Positions 1 to 10,415 of a stretch of DNA of 64,000 nt are shown here, piece after piece. The DNA comes from Cenarchaeum sp. GTDB taxonomy: Archaea > Thermoproteota > Nitrososphaeria > Nitrososphaerales > Nitrosopumilaceae. The DNA is taken from NCBI GenBank assembly GCA_965206845.1, contig OZ242221.1, forward strand, positions 832,001 through 896,000, written 5' to 3'. Within the stretch, counting starts at the first letter, position 1. Every line of letters begins with the position of its first letter. The translations under genes and the position numbers were made by a program. The notes under the pieces were generated by a model. The model saw only the letters and a list, made by a program, of their open reading frames with translations. It searched no databases and was not told the DNA's origin.

Positions 1-437
1 GGGGGTGCGGTAACCTCAAGGGGTGGTAGGGATATGAACTGCTCGCCGACAAAGAGCGTAGCGGTTGCGGTCTCGAGCGGAATCGGCCGGAACAGAATCC
101 CCTCTACATCAATCTGTACGTCGTACGTCCCGTCTTCAGCAAACTCTACGGGAATTCCTACCTTGCCCACCGACGTGTGTGTCAGTGGGATGGGGCCAAA
201 CACGTTGCTGCCGTCCTTTGTCACGGTTACGCTGTAATCGATATGTTCCTGGGTCATGCCAGTAGAGGGGTTGATAAAGTCGATGTTCAGCCTCGTACTG
301 CCACCGGTGGCGGACTCGTCGACCCATACGCCGACATTCAGCGTTCCCTTCTCTGTAGGTACGACCTGCAGGGCAGACTGGGCAAAGGCAGGCACCACAA
401 AAAGCGGAACCAGCAACAAGACCAGCAGGATTCTCAT
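1..437 (-). CDS. Secreted/surface protein of thaumarchaeal type (partial, runs off the window start)
   Basis: Manual translation from ATG at 437: MRILLVLLVPLFVVPAFAQSALQVVPTEKGTLNVGV...IDFINPSTGMTQEHIDYSVTV...FGPIPLTHTSVG...; signal peptide; frame open to the window edge; not in the ORF track. Confidence 0.75.
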   Translation of the reverse strand, partial: MRILLVLLLVPLFVVPAFAQSALQVVPTEKGTLNVGVWVDESATGGSTRLNIDFINPSTGMTQEHIDYSVTVTKDGSNVFGPIPLTHTSVGKVGIPVEFAEDGTYDVQIDVEGILFRPIPLETATATLFVGEQFISLPPLEVTAP

Positions 438-586
438 ACTGTGATTTACCCATTATCGTTATTAAAAATTTGTCAAGTCCGGTTCTCTTATCTAGTCCGA
501 AAAGTAGTACACTCCCTATCCCAGTACGCAAAGAGATGGACAGGCAGAAGTGTCTCCGGATACCGTCCTGCAGGATCTCCCTGTCG

Positions 587-778
587 CTAACCGGATCCTG
601 GTGGGACGCGCATGCCATACGCGCAGAACAGCGCTGCATGTCCTATGACGGTGCGCCACTTGTCCGGTTCGGCCATGGCTATCCCGACCGCCTCGGCAGG
701 AGTCCTGCCGCCCAGGCCCACGTGCGGGCGTATGAAGTTGTGGTACATGATCAGCAGGTGCAGCAGAGATCTGGCCAG
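587..778 (-). pseudogene. C-terminal remnant of a DDE transposase (IS6/IS1-like archaeal type)
   Basis: Minus frame reads LARSLLHLLIMYHNFIRPHVGLGGRTPAEAVGIAMAEPDKWRTVIGHAAL, matching the Y-N-F-x-R-P-H...TPAEAxGI...KW transposase tail; an in-frame stop lies just upstream. Confidence 0.7.
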
Positions 779-1225
779 CGGATGCCAAGGAGTTTACCGT
801 ATCCGCAATACACAACAGGCAGAGAAGAACCAGCTACATACCAAAGCCAATACTACAGACACCGGGCAACCCCGGATGGCCTCAAGTTTACCACCCGCGA
901 CGGATATGTCGAGGTTAGCAGACCCGACTAGCCACTCATACCACTGGCGCCCGAGTTTGGGAGAGAACCGTCAAGTCCCCGCACGAGATCAGATCCCACT
1001 TCATTCGGATATTGGCATGCGTATTACAAAAAACGTCGCATCGAACCCGGTACAGCAGATGACCTCGCATGCTTGGGCCCGCACGACGACTGACATCAGC
1101 ATACATGTAACACCAGAACCTCCTCCGATACGCCCATCCCGCGTATGCAGCAAGCCACTCGTACCGAACCGTCCGCGCAGACATATTTCGTATATTTAAA
1201 TAAGGATTTCGGAGTATTATAGCTG

Positions 1226-2866
1226 TTGTACCAGAGCATTCTTCTGATTATCCTTGCTGCCGGAATCGTTGCCGTCCCGGCACTTGTGAGCGAAGCCCAT
1301 GGGCACGGCCTCGGAGGAGATGTTGCACCGCCGGTAGACTTTGCCGGAATGTCGGTAACGGTAAGCACCCAGCTAACTCCCTACGACATAACCGTGGGGG
1401 ATCTGAGCTCGGCAAGCATGGCAGTCAGGTTCTTTGATCAGGATACCGATCAGACACTAGAAAAGGTCACATACAGAATTGCAATCTATCGAGATGGCGA
1501 ACTGCTGGCAAATCATCTGTTTTATGACATCGATGGGAATCTGGATGTCGAGATTCGCCCGGTGATCGACTGTGACTCGATAGACCTATGGCGTTGCACC
1601 AAATACTTTGGCTCGGAACACCCTACCTCTCCTGGGGCATTGTATACGCAAGGAAACCAGGATCCTGTCATTCAGGGGCCGATCTTTGACAAGGGCGGCC
1701 TTTACAACATCCGGGTGGGTGTGGAGGGAGCAACCAGTCCCAGAACCCTAGTAAACTCCCCCCTGTCGTTTGAGACGTTTGTCAGCGTTGCACAGGAACA
1801 GCCGTTTGCAATCCAGACCGCATCGGCCGAGATCCCGGTGATCGTAAAGACGTACTATGACGATGTGGGTAACTTTGACTTTGAGCAGACCGACGGCTCG
1901 ATCTCATTTGACATGCCGTTTGACTGGTCTCCGGAGTACGTAGAGCTTGTGTCGGTGGTCCACGAGGAGTTGCAGATCCCAAAATCGTTTGATCTGTACA
2001 ACGAGGGAAACGGGTTCCGTGGATTCGTCAACGGCATCGAGGTTGACAAGCGCGTCCTGATACTGGATCCGTACACGTACGAGGATCTGAACATACTGCA
2101 CTTTCTGGTATCCGGCCAGGAGCTGCAGCGAATCAACAACGTGCTGGGAGAGGAGAACCAGCAGAGCAGCCTCATGAGCTTTGTGGTGGTTCCGGAGAGC
2201 AAGGTACAGAAGAACACCCTCGACTTTTATCTCGTCAACCCCGCCAACGGGGACAGGACGGGCACGAACGTAAGCGTCTCATGGGACGACAGGTACGGTG
2301 TAGGCGATGATATTCCGTTTGAGATTGCGTTCTTTGACGATGACGGCAACCTCCTAACGGACGTAAGATACGGCTATGGCCTGTATGACCACGGCACCGG
2401 CGACGTACTGGCAGAGGATGTTGGCGGTGACGGGCTCGGTCCGGGGATTTCATCTGTGGAGGGAATAGACTTCCAGACGCTGCGAATTCCGTCTCAGAGC
2501 AGCTACAGACTGGATGTTGTGGTGTTTGGGCAGATAATTGGCGGAGTTGACTTTGATGACGCGTATGCCGGAATTGGCTCCACGCTGATTGAGGTAAAGC
2601 CCACCATTCCTGCCTGGATAAAGACAACCGTGGGATTCTGGACATCCGGGGTGACCTCTGATGCCGAGTTTGTGAGCGCGATCCAGTTCCTCATCGACGA
2701 GGGGATCATCGTGGTGCCCGCCACCGAGTCCGAGTCTGACGGCGCCGTCGGGGTTCCTCCGTGGATAAAGACGACGGCGCAGTTCTGGGTGGACGGAGTA
2801 ACCACCGACAGCGAGTTTGTGAGCGCGATCCAGTTCCTCATAAGGGCTGGCATCATTGTGGTCTAG
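1226..2866 (+). CDS. Secreted protein with tandem C-terminal IP-x-WIK...EFVSAIQFLI repeats (thaumarchaeal surface domain)
   Basis: Signal peptide, HGLGGD N-terminus, two copies of P-x-WIKTT..FW..G...D.EFVSAIQFLI..GII. Confidence 0.75.
   Translation: MYQSILLIILAAGIVAVPALVSEAHGHGLGGDVAPPVDFAGMSVTVSTQLTPYDITVGDLSSASMAVRFFDQDTDQTLEKVTYRIAIYRDGELLANHLFYDIDGNLDVEIRPVIDCDSIDLWRCTKYFGSEHPTSPGALYTQGNQDPVIQGPIFDKGGLYNIRVGVEGATSPRTLVNSPLSFETFVSVAQEQPFAIQTASAEIPVIVKTYYDDVGNFDFEQTDGSISFDMPFDWSPEYVELVSVVHEELQIPKSFDLYNEGNGFRGFVNGIEVDKRVLILDPYTYEDLNILHFLVSGQELQRINNVLGEENQQSSLMSFVVVPESKVQKNTLDFYLVNPANGDRTGTNVSVSWDDRYGVGDDIPFEIAFFDDDGNLLTDVRYGYGLYDHGTGDVLAEDVGGDGLGPGISSVEGIDFQTLRIPSQSSYRLDVVVFGQIIGGVDFDDAYAGIGSTLIEVKPTIPAWIKTTVGFWTSGVTSDAEFVSAIQFLIDEGIIVVPATESESDGAVGVPPWIKTTAQFWVDGVTTDSEFVSAIQFLIRAGIIVV
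2665..2841 (+). repeat. Exact 30-bp direct repeat encoding the duplicated C-terminal domain
   Basis: cgagtttgtgagcgcgatccagttcctcat at 2665-2694 and 2812-2841. Confidence 0.85.
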
Positions 2867-2878
2867 GGATGATTCCAG

Positions 2879-3085
2879 ATGAGGGACATAAACGACATGC
2901 TGCCAAAAATCCCAAACATGCGGTGGGGCGCCCTGACAAACCGGCCCCCCACAAACCAGAGGGTCGAGGAGATGAACCGGCTCTTTCCGCACAACGGAAG
3001 GTGGCACACCGTGTTTGAAGAGAGGGACCATGTCTTTGTAGACGGAAAGCGGGTATGGAAGAAGGATCCCGCAAAATGGACCTGA
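2879..3085 (+). CDS. Small hypothetical protein (68 aa)
   Basis: ATG 12 nt after the upstream stop; protein-like composition (MLPKIPNMRWGAL...FPHNGRWH). Confidence 0.65.
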   Translation: MRDINDMLPKIPNMRWGALTNRPPTNQRVEEMNRLFPHNGRWHTVFEERDHVFVDGKRVWKKDPAKWT

Positions 3086-3323
3086 GCCGGCAGCCATACG
3101 CCCGGCACGGATCAGCTTCGCGCAAAACCCCCACACCAGACCCGGTGCGGCAGGCCGCCCAGCCGGCAGGTGCCTGCCTAGCCCCCGGATTCCAGGCAGA
3201 CATACGGAACCGCCCGCCGTGTCATACGAAGACGCTTCTGGATGTGCGCGCTCGGACAGAGGATGCGGTACCCTACCGCCAATAAAACTATAATACAAAT
3301 CAGGACGATCAGCAGTATAATTC

Positions 3324-4088
3324 ATGTTTCCCCTTAAAGACGAAAATCCCCACCCCCCAGGATTCAAACCGGTAGTCACGATCATACTGATCATTGCCAA
3401 TGTCGGGGTCTTCCTGTATGAGATTGCGTTTACCGGACAGTTCTGGGAGTTCACCAACGCAAGGGCCGCACAGATGTTCTTCGAGTGGGGGGCGGTGCCC
3501 GCCTGTGTTGTCGGGGAGAACTCGTTTGTCTTCAGCGGCATCGTAATCGAGTGCCCCGCCGTAGAGTATGTGTCGCTCTTCAGCTCGATATTCATGCACG
3601 GCGGCCTGATGCACCTTGGCGGAAACATGCTGTTCCTGTGGATATTTGGCGACAACATAGAGCTCAAGTACGGCAGGATGAAGTTTTTTGGGATCTATAT
3701 CCTCTGGGGCGTGATCGCGGGACTGGCTCATGTCATGATCGATCCGCTCAGCCCGATTCCGGCGGTGGGGGCATCGGGGGCAATCTCGGGCGTCCTGGGA
3801 GCCTACCTGGTAATATTTCCAAGGGCCCGGATTATGACGTTTCTGATGATGGGGTTCTTCTGGCGAATGATGCACATCCAGGCAAAGTGGTTTCTTCCGT
3901 TCTGGCTGATATTCCAGAATATCCTGCCGTTCCTCATAGGGGGTTTCGGGCTCGCGGGAGGCGGCGTGGCCTACATGGCTCACATAGGCGGCTTTGTGGC
4001 TGGACTGGGCTTTGGCTATCTGTACAAAAAGACCCACGGCTCCGAGTCCATGTACGGGACGCGCTATGGCTGGCGCGGAGACTACTGA
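3324..4088 (+). CDS. Rhomboid family intramembrane serine protease
   Basis: FMHGGLMHLGGNMLFLWIFGDNIE, catalytic GASG, AYMAHIGG; multiple TM helices. Confidence 0.95.
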   Translation: MFPLKDENPHPPGFKPVVTIILIIANVGVFLYEIAFTGQFWEFTNARAAQMFFEWGAVPACVVGENSFVFSGIVIECPAVEYVSLFSSIFMHGGLMHLGGNMLFLWIFGDNIELKYGRMKFFGIYILWGVIAGLAHVMIDPLSPIPAVGASGAISGVLGAYLVIFPRARIMTFLMMGFFWRMMHIQAKWFLPFWLIFQNILPFLIGGFGLAGGGVAYMAHIGGFVAGLGFGYLYKKTHGSESMYGTRYGWRGDY

Positions 4089-4244
4089 ACGGACGCATGG
4101 TGCCAGGATCGTCTGCGTGTGGCAGCCTGCCGTGGCGAACCGGGCGCAGAGATTCTCCTGAAATGCGTGTATCTGAATGCAGGGACGGCGTCACGCGGCC
4201 GCCGCATCTCAAAAGATAAATTCTGCCTGAACCCACACTGCATC

Positions 4245-4421
4245 ATGCCGCTAATTACAGTCTCGATGTATCCCGGCAGAACACAGCAGCAGAAGGACGA
4301 CTTTGCCAGGGCCCTGACCGAGTCGGCAGTCAGTATCCTAAAAACGAAGAAGGAGCACGTCATCATAGTGTTTGACGAGAAACCCAAGGAGAACTGGTAC
4401 CTGGCCGGCAGCCGGCTGTAA
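4245..4421 (+). CDS. 4-oxalocrotonate tautomerase family protein
   Basis: N-terminal Pro (MPLITV..GRT.QQK), 58 aa, C-terminal NWYLAG. Confidence 0.9.
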   Translation: MPLITVSMYPGRTQQQKDDFARALTESAVSILKTKKEHVIIVFDEKPKENWYLAGSRL

Positions 4422-4457
4422 CCAACTTTTTTATTTTACGCCCTGCCTTCCCGCACT

Positions 4458-5276
4458 GTGACCAAAGTCGCGCTGGTGCAGCTCAAGGCCTCCACGGACA
4501 AGCAGGAGAACCTAGAGAGAGTCACGGGCTACATCTCAGATGCGGCAGACAGGGGTGCCAGGCTGATCGCGTTTCCGGAGTTTATGATGTTCTACACCGG
4601 CTCGTCACAGACCTCAGACCAGCTGGCCCGTATGGCAGAGACGATCGACGGGGACTTTGTGAGGGCCGTTGCCGTGGCAGCCAGGAAGAGCTCCATCCAG
4701 GTTGTGGGGACGATCTACGAAAAGAGTGAGAAGAGGAACAGGGTGTACGATACCGCGTTCTTTCTGAACCACCGGGGAGAGCTGGTCTCATCCTACAGGA
4801 AGATCCACCTTTATAATGCCCTGGGATTCCGCGAGTCAAAAAAAATGACTCCGGGGTTTGAGATGCCAAGGCCGGCAAGATCAAGAGCGGGAACGCTGGG
4901 CATGATAATCTGCTACGACCTGCGGTTTCCCGAGATGGCAAGAAGCCTGGCCCTGGCCGGCTCCCAGATCCTGGTGGCCCCGTCTGCCTGGGTGCAGGGA
5001 GAGGCAAAGGAGGAGCACTGGATCGCCATCAACAGAACCCGGGCAATAGAGAACGGGTGCTATGTCGTATCCCCGGACCAGGTGGGTAACATCTACTGCG
5101 GCCGAAGCCTCGTAGTGGATCCATACGGCACCGTCCTGGTCGATATGAAGGGGGAGGAGGGAATGGCGCTGGCCGACATCTCGCTTGACAAGCTCAAAAA
5201 GACCCGCCAGGCCCTGCCGCTGCTAAAGAACAGAAGGCCCCACATCTACCGGGAGGCCGAACCGCGCCTGCTCTGA
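4458..5276 (+). CDS. Carbon-nitrogen hydrolase (nitrilase superfamily, Nit1-like)
   Basis: E-K-C triad motifs FPE, YRKIHL, ICYDLRFPE; RAIEN. Confidence 0.92.
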   Translation: MTKVALVQLKASTDKQENLERVTGYISDAADRGARLIAFPEFMMFYTGSSQTSDQLARMAETIDGDFVRAVAVAARKSSIQVVGTIYEKSEKRNRVYDTAFFLNHRGELVSSYRKIHLYNALGFRESKKMTPGFEMPRPARSRAGTLGMIICYDLRFPEMARSLALAGSQILVAPSAWVQGEAKEEHWIAINRTRAIENGCYVVSPDQVGNIYCGRSLVVDPYGTVLVDMKGEEGMALADISLDKLKKTRQALPLLKNRRPHIYREAEPRLL

Positions 5277-5692
5277 CAGCCTATATTGGAGCACTGTCTG
5301 GTCCAGCTCTGATCCCTTGAGTACCTGAAGATCACCATGGGCCATCCGCACTCCACGCATGGGGTTTTGATTGCCCGAAGCCTGGCCTTCTGCAGCAGTG
5401 GGGACGACGCGGTGCATCCGCCGTAATAGTTCGAGCATCCCATGAACCGCTTCTTGGTCTTCAGCGAGCGCACCACCATCAGCTGTCCCAGTCCACACTC
5501 GGGACACTCCACCAGGCCATCGGTGGGAGAGTTTGTCCCCAGGATTACGAACCTCTTCTTCCTGGCAGAGTACGACAGGTATCCGCTTGTGTCAAAGTAC
5601 TGGAGGATCTCCTTCCGGATAACATCCACCCTCTTCTTGGTAATTCTCACGTGATGCCTCTGCTCTGTCTTCTGTACGGCTGATCCTGACAC
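5246..5692 (-). CDS. Stand-alone topoisomerase-type C4 zinc-finger protein
   Basis: CPECG...RFMGCSNYYGGC and CVECG...CSNIGC repeats; start uncertain. Confidence 0.75.
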   Translation of the reverse strand: MSGSAVQKTEQRHHVRITKKRVDVIRKEILQYFDTSGYLSYSARKKRFVILGTNSPTDGLVECPECGLGQLMVVRSLKTKKRFMGCSNYYGGCTASSPLLQKARLRAIKTPCVECGWPMVIFRYSRDQSWTRQCSNIGCQSRRGSASR

Positions 5693-5905
5693 AGTCTGCT
5701 GTATCCGTTTCTGTTCTTAAACGTGCATCGGCGGCGCGGGCCCGGGACTGCATGTACGCCGGGACGTGTGCGGGTCCGCCTGCCGCAGAGAGGCGGGCGC
5801 GATGGCCCACCCGGATGTACAGGCACATGCCAAAACGAAACGAGAGACGATCCCGTACCGGGAGGCTCTTTAACGATTTTTATATGGAACGCCGCCAGTC
5901 CGCTC

Positions 5906-7060
5906 ATGGAAGATGTCTGCGTCATTGGCGCAGGAAGCACAAAGTACGGCAAGCTGGAAGACAGCCTCGCCGACATTACAGTCCAGTCGTCTGCCAGCGC
6001 AATAGAGAGCGCCGGCATCGAGCCCAAGGAGATCAAGGCAGGGTACATCTCCAATGTTTTTGGCGTGGCCGACAAGCAGGTCCACCTGGGGCCCGTAGTG
6101 ATGAGCAATCTGGGCATCCCCGAGAGGCCTTCCCTGTCCATCGAGTCTGCATGCGGCAGCGGCTCGGTCTCGTTCAGGGAGGCATTTGCGAATGTGGCCG
6201 CCGGGTTTTATGATGCGGTTCTGGTTACCGGTGTTGAAAAGGTGACCCACACCGGAACAGAGTGGACCACGACCTACTTTTCATACTGCTCGGACTTCTT
6301 TTACGAGGGCCAGGCCGGAGCATCTTTTCCTGGACTGTTTGCGTCAATGGCCAGGGCATACCTTGCAGAGTTCGGGGCAACCGAGGAGGACTTTGCCATG
6401 GTCGCAGTAAAGAATCACGACAACGGACTGTTAAACCCAAAGGCCCACCTGCGGAAGAAGATAACCGTGGACGATGTGATGAGATCGCCCGTGGTGGCAA
6501 GCCCCCTCAAGCTTTACGACTGCTGCCCGTTCTCCGACGGCGCCAGCTCCGTCATACTCTGCAGCAAAAAGTTTGCCCAGGAGCACGGTGGCGACTACAT
6601 CAAGGTGACGGGCTCTGGCCGCGGAGGCTCGTCTGCCGCACTGCAGGGCCGTGAGCGCATAACCACGATACCCAGCACAAAGATTGCCGCCGATGCGGCC
6701 TACAAGATGGCGGGAATCACCCCCAGGGACATAGATTTTGCAGAGGTTCATGACTGCTTCACCATCGCCGAGGTGGTTGACAGCGAGGATCTGGGGTTCT
6801 TTGAAAAGGGCCAGGGATACCGTGCGGCACGGGAGAACCGGACCGCCCGGGATGGCGACATTCCGATTAACCCGTCCGGCGGCCTCAAGTCAAAGGGCCA
6901 CCCCATCGGCGCCACCGGCGTGGGCCAGGTGGTGGAGGTGTATGAGCAGCTGACCGGCAAGGCGGGCCAGCGGAACTTGAAGAACGTAAGCACCGGTCTG
7001 ACGCACAACTTTGGCGCCACCGGGGCAAGCTGCGCGGTTCACATATTTGAGAGCGTGTGA
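5906..7060 (+). CDS. Thiolase / acetyl-CoA C-acyltransferase (archaeal SCP2-type)
   Basis: ESACGSG, AEVHDCFT, NPSGGLKSKGHPIGATG; start moved to ATG 5906. Confidence 0.93.
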   Translation: MEDVCVIGAGSTKYGKLEDSLADITVQSSASAIESAGIEPKEIKAGYISNVFGVADKQVHLGPVVMSNLGIPERPSLSIESACGSGSVSFREAFANVAAGFYDAVLVTGVEKVTHTGTEWTTTYFSYCSDFFYEGQAGASFPGLFASMARAYLAEFGATEEDFAMVAVKNHDNGLLNPKAHLRKKITVDDVMRSPVVASPLKLYDCCPFSDGASSVILCSKKFAQEHGGDYIKVTGSGRGGSSAALQGRERITTIPSTKIAADAAYKMAGITPRDIDFAEVHDCFTIAEVVDSEDLGFFEKGQGYRAARENRTARDGDIPINPSGGLKSKGHPIGATGVGQVVEVYEQLTGKAGQRNLKNVSTGLTHNFGATGASCAVHIFESV

Positions 7061-7061
7061 G

Positions 7062-7427
7062 ATGTCTGCAAAGAGAGAGTTCATAGAAGCCGTCAGAACC
7101 GGCAAGGTGCTGGCAAGGGGGTGCACCAGGTGCGGCCTTGTCCAGCTGGGCACCGTCTGCTTCTGCCAGGGCTGCGGCTCCCGGGGTTTTGGTGACGTGA
7201 CACTGGAGGGCCGTGGAACTGTTGTTACCTATACCATAATTACGGTCCCGCCCTCCGGCTTTGAAAAGTATGTCCCGTATGCGTGGGTGGTAATCAGGCT
7301 GGACGGCTCCGATCTCCGGATCTCGGGATTTATGGGAGGCATAGCAGAGCCGGAGAGCCTTCCCATTGGAGTCGGTGCAAGGATCACCGGCTTTGACGAA
7401 AGGGGCATAGTTCTAGAAAGGACGTAA
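7062..7427 (+). CDS. Zn-ribbon/OB-fold protein (DUF35), thiolase partner
   Basis: CTRCG...CQGCGS, G.VVTYT...PP.GF; directly follows the thiolase gene. Confidence 0.9.
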   Translation: MSAKREFIEAVRTGKVLARGCTRCGLVQLGTVCFCQGCGSRGFGDVTLEGRGTVVTYTIITVPPSGFEKYVPYAWVVIRLDGSDLRISGFMGGIAEPESLPIGVGARITGFDERGIVLERT

Positions 7428-7589
7428 GGCGTGCCGGCAGCAGACAACTGCTGCCACACGGACGCGTACGTGGTCACCGGCCGCCCCGAACCAAGTGTGA
7501 AGACGTCCTGAAGCGCACGCACCGGTACCCAAGGTAGGGGAGACGGGGCATTCCGAAATCTTAATTATTCGGGCACGGTAGTATCAGCT

Positions 7590-7751
7590 GTGTCAGTCGA
7601 TGTAATCTGTGGAAAGTGTGGCAGCAAGATTACCAGCATGAAGACACTCAAGCCGATAAAGGAGTTAATGAACACGCATAAGGGCAAGTGCCCCTCCTGT
7701 GGACACGCCGTGTCGACGTCGGAGTTTACCTTGGATGTTCAGGACAGGTAG
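7590..7751 (+). CDS. Small zinc-finger protein (53 aa)
   Basis: GTG start; MSVDVICGKCGSKITSMKTLKPIKELMNTHKGKCPSCGHAVSTSEFTLDVQDR; two CxxC; AT-rich TATA-like tract about 25 nt upstream. Confidence 0.8.
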   Translation: MSVDVICGKCGSKITSMKTLKPIKELMNTHKGKCPSCGHAVSTSEFTLDVQDR

Positions 7752-7810
7752 GGGAACCGGCAGGCGCCGGCCACTACGCGCACCCCCACATGCACAAAAG
7801 AGCGCAGGCG

Positions 7811-9826
7811 CTATTGAACGGCCGGCCTTATCTGTGGCCTGAAGAAGGAGAGTAGCTCCGAGGCCCTCTCAATGGCATTCCTGACCGCTTCGGGATCAGA
7901 CCCCCGGCCGAACTCCAAGTCTGTCACTAGCCCGCCGCCAAACATCTCTGCGAGCCTGCTGATCTCAAGGATGTCTTCGCTCTCTGCAGAGTACTCGCCC
8001 ATCCGGGAACCATCAAGGGAGGTGCCCGTGCTGTAGGCCGGGCCGTCGAGGATTTTTTGAAGTGCGGCCTTGCCGAACTTGTCACCGTCAAGGGATGCAA
8101 GTCTTGCCGCACCGTCGCTCTCCACCATGCAGATTCTAATGTCGTCACCGCTCGCCTTGCTGCCCTTCTTTGCCACATCTGACGCGGTATTGATCACGCC
8201 GCGCAGTATGTTGCGCCCGTCCTTGTTGTCTTCATACCCCAGAATCCCAAAGACCGCCTCGTGCAGTCCGATCAGGTTCAGCGTCATGGATACGCTTCCG
8301 TGCTGCATGTGCTGGGTGTTTTTTACAAGCAGGGGGTTCAGCCCTTTCCTGATCAAGTCTGTAACGTGCCTGCGCCGGATGGACATGGCCTCCAGCACCG
8401 GCTTCATCAGGATGACCAGGTTGGCCCTAAAGTACATCTCGTCCTTGTTGGATTCAAGAGCCAGTCTTGGCAGGTTGATGGAGATGGAACCCAGGTGAAC
8501 CGATGTGGGATCCTTACCCCTGGCAGCGCATGCAACCCCCCCGGCCGATGTCTGCCCCTTTACAAACGCAACATGCCCGCCGAGACAGATGATCTCTGCC
8601 AGCCTTTCAGACATGTCGGTGATGCCTGCCCTGTCATAATCTATGATGAGGCCGATCTTTGGGGATGCGGTGATCTCTGCGTATCTTTTGTACGCCTCCA
8701 GAATCGTGGAGGTAACCTCTGGACTCTCACCCATCACGAGCCGGAACGAGACGATGGCCGGCTTTTCATTATACCTTGAGACGGTGGATGCGGCCGCAAA
8801 CGCACAAGCCATCTTTTGCTCCACATCTGGGAGCATCCCGGCGTACTCTGAGAGCAGCGGAACGAGTCCGTCCATAACCACCTCCTGAGATGCCTCTTTG
8901 TTGGATAGGGAGATCGACATCGATATCAGTGAGGACAGTTCGTCCAGGTTTTTGGCCGCCGGCAGCCTGGAGACATCATGGAGCTTGTCGCCTATGTCGA
9001 TACCGTTCTCCACCAGCTTTCTCACATCGAAGAAGACTATGTCAGGCAGCAGGGACCAGAGTCCGGGATTTGTAATGTGCAGGTCCCCGGAGAGGTAGGC
9101 GTCGGCCACATCCTTGGAGAGGTTGTTCGTAAGCAGGAGCTCCGAATGAATGACCTGGCCTGCCCTCAGCAGCAGATCTTCTGTGCTGCCGCCGTCGGTG
9201 TAATCCACATTTGTCATCGTCTCCTGCACATCATAAACCGGGAGTCCCAGTCTGGCAAGCCTGCTCCGGTACTCCTCGTGGCCGTGCTCCAGAAGGACCG
9301 AGTTTACCATCTCCCGGATGAGCGAGCTGGTAAGATGTGTAGTCTGATACTTGTATATGCGGTTCTCCACCTCCTCCGTAATCTTCTGCGCCAGCTCCAG
9401 CGGAAGGCCCCCCTCCCGAACCAGGGACTGTGTTATCTTGTGCGAGTTGAACTCCTCAATGGACCAGCGGGACGTTCTGACGTACATCTTGCCCGCCTCG
9501 ATTATGGATCTCTCCTCGATCTGCCTTGCAAGGCTGAGAACGAGCTTGCCCAGATTGGTAATCGTGTACTTCTTCTCGGATTTGTTCAGTGCAACCAGGG
9601 ACTGCTTGAGCAGTTTTCTTAGGTGGTATGCAAACTTGCCGCTCTCCTTTTTTGACCTGAACCCGGCATGTGACTTTAGCTCCGAGTATGTGAGAGGGCC
9701 TTTGGAGTTTAGGATTCGTAGGATGTCGATTCTGTTGGGGCTTGCCATGACCGAGAAGATCATTTTTACGCGCTTGGAGGTAGAGCGGATTATTCCGCCC
9801 CTTCCGGGTGCTTCTGATGCCATCAC
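7811..9826 (-). CDS. ArsR-type wHTH + ATP-cone + degenerate class III ribonucleotide reductase (NrdD-like) fusion
   Basis: N-terminal wHTH (NRIDILRIL...LTYSEL...YHLRKL...YTIT.LG); ATP-cone (VRTSR.SIEEFN..KI..SL...IREMVNSVLLE.G); NrdD-like motifs AYLSGDLHI, GSISINLPRLALES, IGLHEA, RLASLD.DKFG; no C-terminal glycyl-radical domain. Confidence 0.8.
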   Translation of the reverse strand: MMASEAPGRGGIIRSTSKRVKMIFSVMASPNRIDILRILNSKGPLTYSELKSHAGFRSKKESGKFAYHLRKLLKQSLVALNKSEKKYTITNLGKLVLSLARQIEERSIIEAGKMYVRTSRWSIEEFNSHKITQSLVREGGLPLELAQKITEEVENRIYKYQTTHLTSSLIREMVNSVLLEHGHEEYRSRLARLGLPVYDVQETMTNVDYTDGGSTEDLLLRAGQVIHSELLLTNNLSKDVADAYLSGDLHITNPGLWSLLPDIVFFDVRKLVENGIDIGDKLHDVSRLPAAKNLDELSSLISMSISLSNKEASQEVVMDGLVPLLSEYAGMLPDVEQKMACAFAAASTVSRYNEKPAIVSFRLVMGESPEVTSTILEAYKRYAEITASPKIGLIIDYDRAGITDMSERLAEIICLGGHVAFVKGQTSAGGVACAARGKDPTSVHLGSISINLPRLALESNKDEMYFRANLVILMKPVLEAMSIRRRHVTDLIRKGLNPLLVKNTQHMQHGSVSMTLNLIGLHEAVFGILGYEDNKDGRNILRGVINTASDVAKKGSKASGDDIRICMVESDGAARLASLDGDKFGKAALQKILDGPAYSTGTSLDGSRMGEYSAESEDILEISRLAEMFGGGLVTDLEFGRGSDPEAVRNAIERASELLSFFRPQIRPAVQ

Positions 9827-10415
9827 AGTCGCTCCCGGCAGCTGAACCCGGAGGCGGGGTAGATTACTCCGATCCTTCCGGATCGCGCCATCTCTTCAGA
9901 CTCCACGTGTCTGCTATGAATCATGGACTAATTTAAGATTATTACTTTGTCCCGGGCCTCTCTGGATCCGGCATGGCAGGTTTGGGAGGCTCCGTGGATC
10001 CCTGACCGGTGCCTGCCACATGACCCGGCCCGTGTGACCAATCCGGGGGCCGTCTGCAGGCCCTGCCTCCGCCCCATACGTCGATCATGCCGCCGCCCCC
10101 TTGCGTGCGATGCCGTCTAGGGCGCCCGTGGCCGACTCCCGTGGCATGGCCAACCGCGCCGCGGTGCGGCCGCCTGCGCCTGCAGATCTCGCGCTTGAAC
10201 CCGCGGGCGTCCAACCCCATGTCGTTTCACGCGTCCATACTGTCTTGCGCATGGGCTGTCACAGGCCCGAAATCCCTCTGTCCTGCGATGCCCGTTTTTT
10301 GCACCATTATACGATGCAGCATAAAGATTTTGACGTATGCGGGAACAGAATATCTGGTTTTTTGATTGAATCGGGGGCTGGTTTTGGACGGCCTAGACGG
10401 CGCTGTGATCCAATC

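Noticed and set aside
2450-3667. Long antisense ORFs (e.g. 405 aa here, 449 aa at 48457-49806, 292 aa at 38766-39644)
   Set aside because: Shadow frames of well-supported genes in GC-rich DNA; no motifs
7436-7455. Perfect 8-bp hairpin GGCAGCAG-ACAA-CTGCTGCC after the DUF35 gene as a terminator
   Set aside because: No U-tract; archaeal termination does not rely on such hairpins; may be chance in GC-rich DNA
7811-9826. Call as a functional anaerobic RNR (nrdD)
   Set aside because: No glycyl-radical motif or C-terminal Zn domain and no activase nearby
9940-10330. Possible decayed transposase N-terminal Zn-ribbon on the minus strand (..VKRHGVGRPR / FKREICRR)
   Set aside because: Needs frameshifts and only weakly resembles the motif; not supportable without BLASTX
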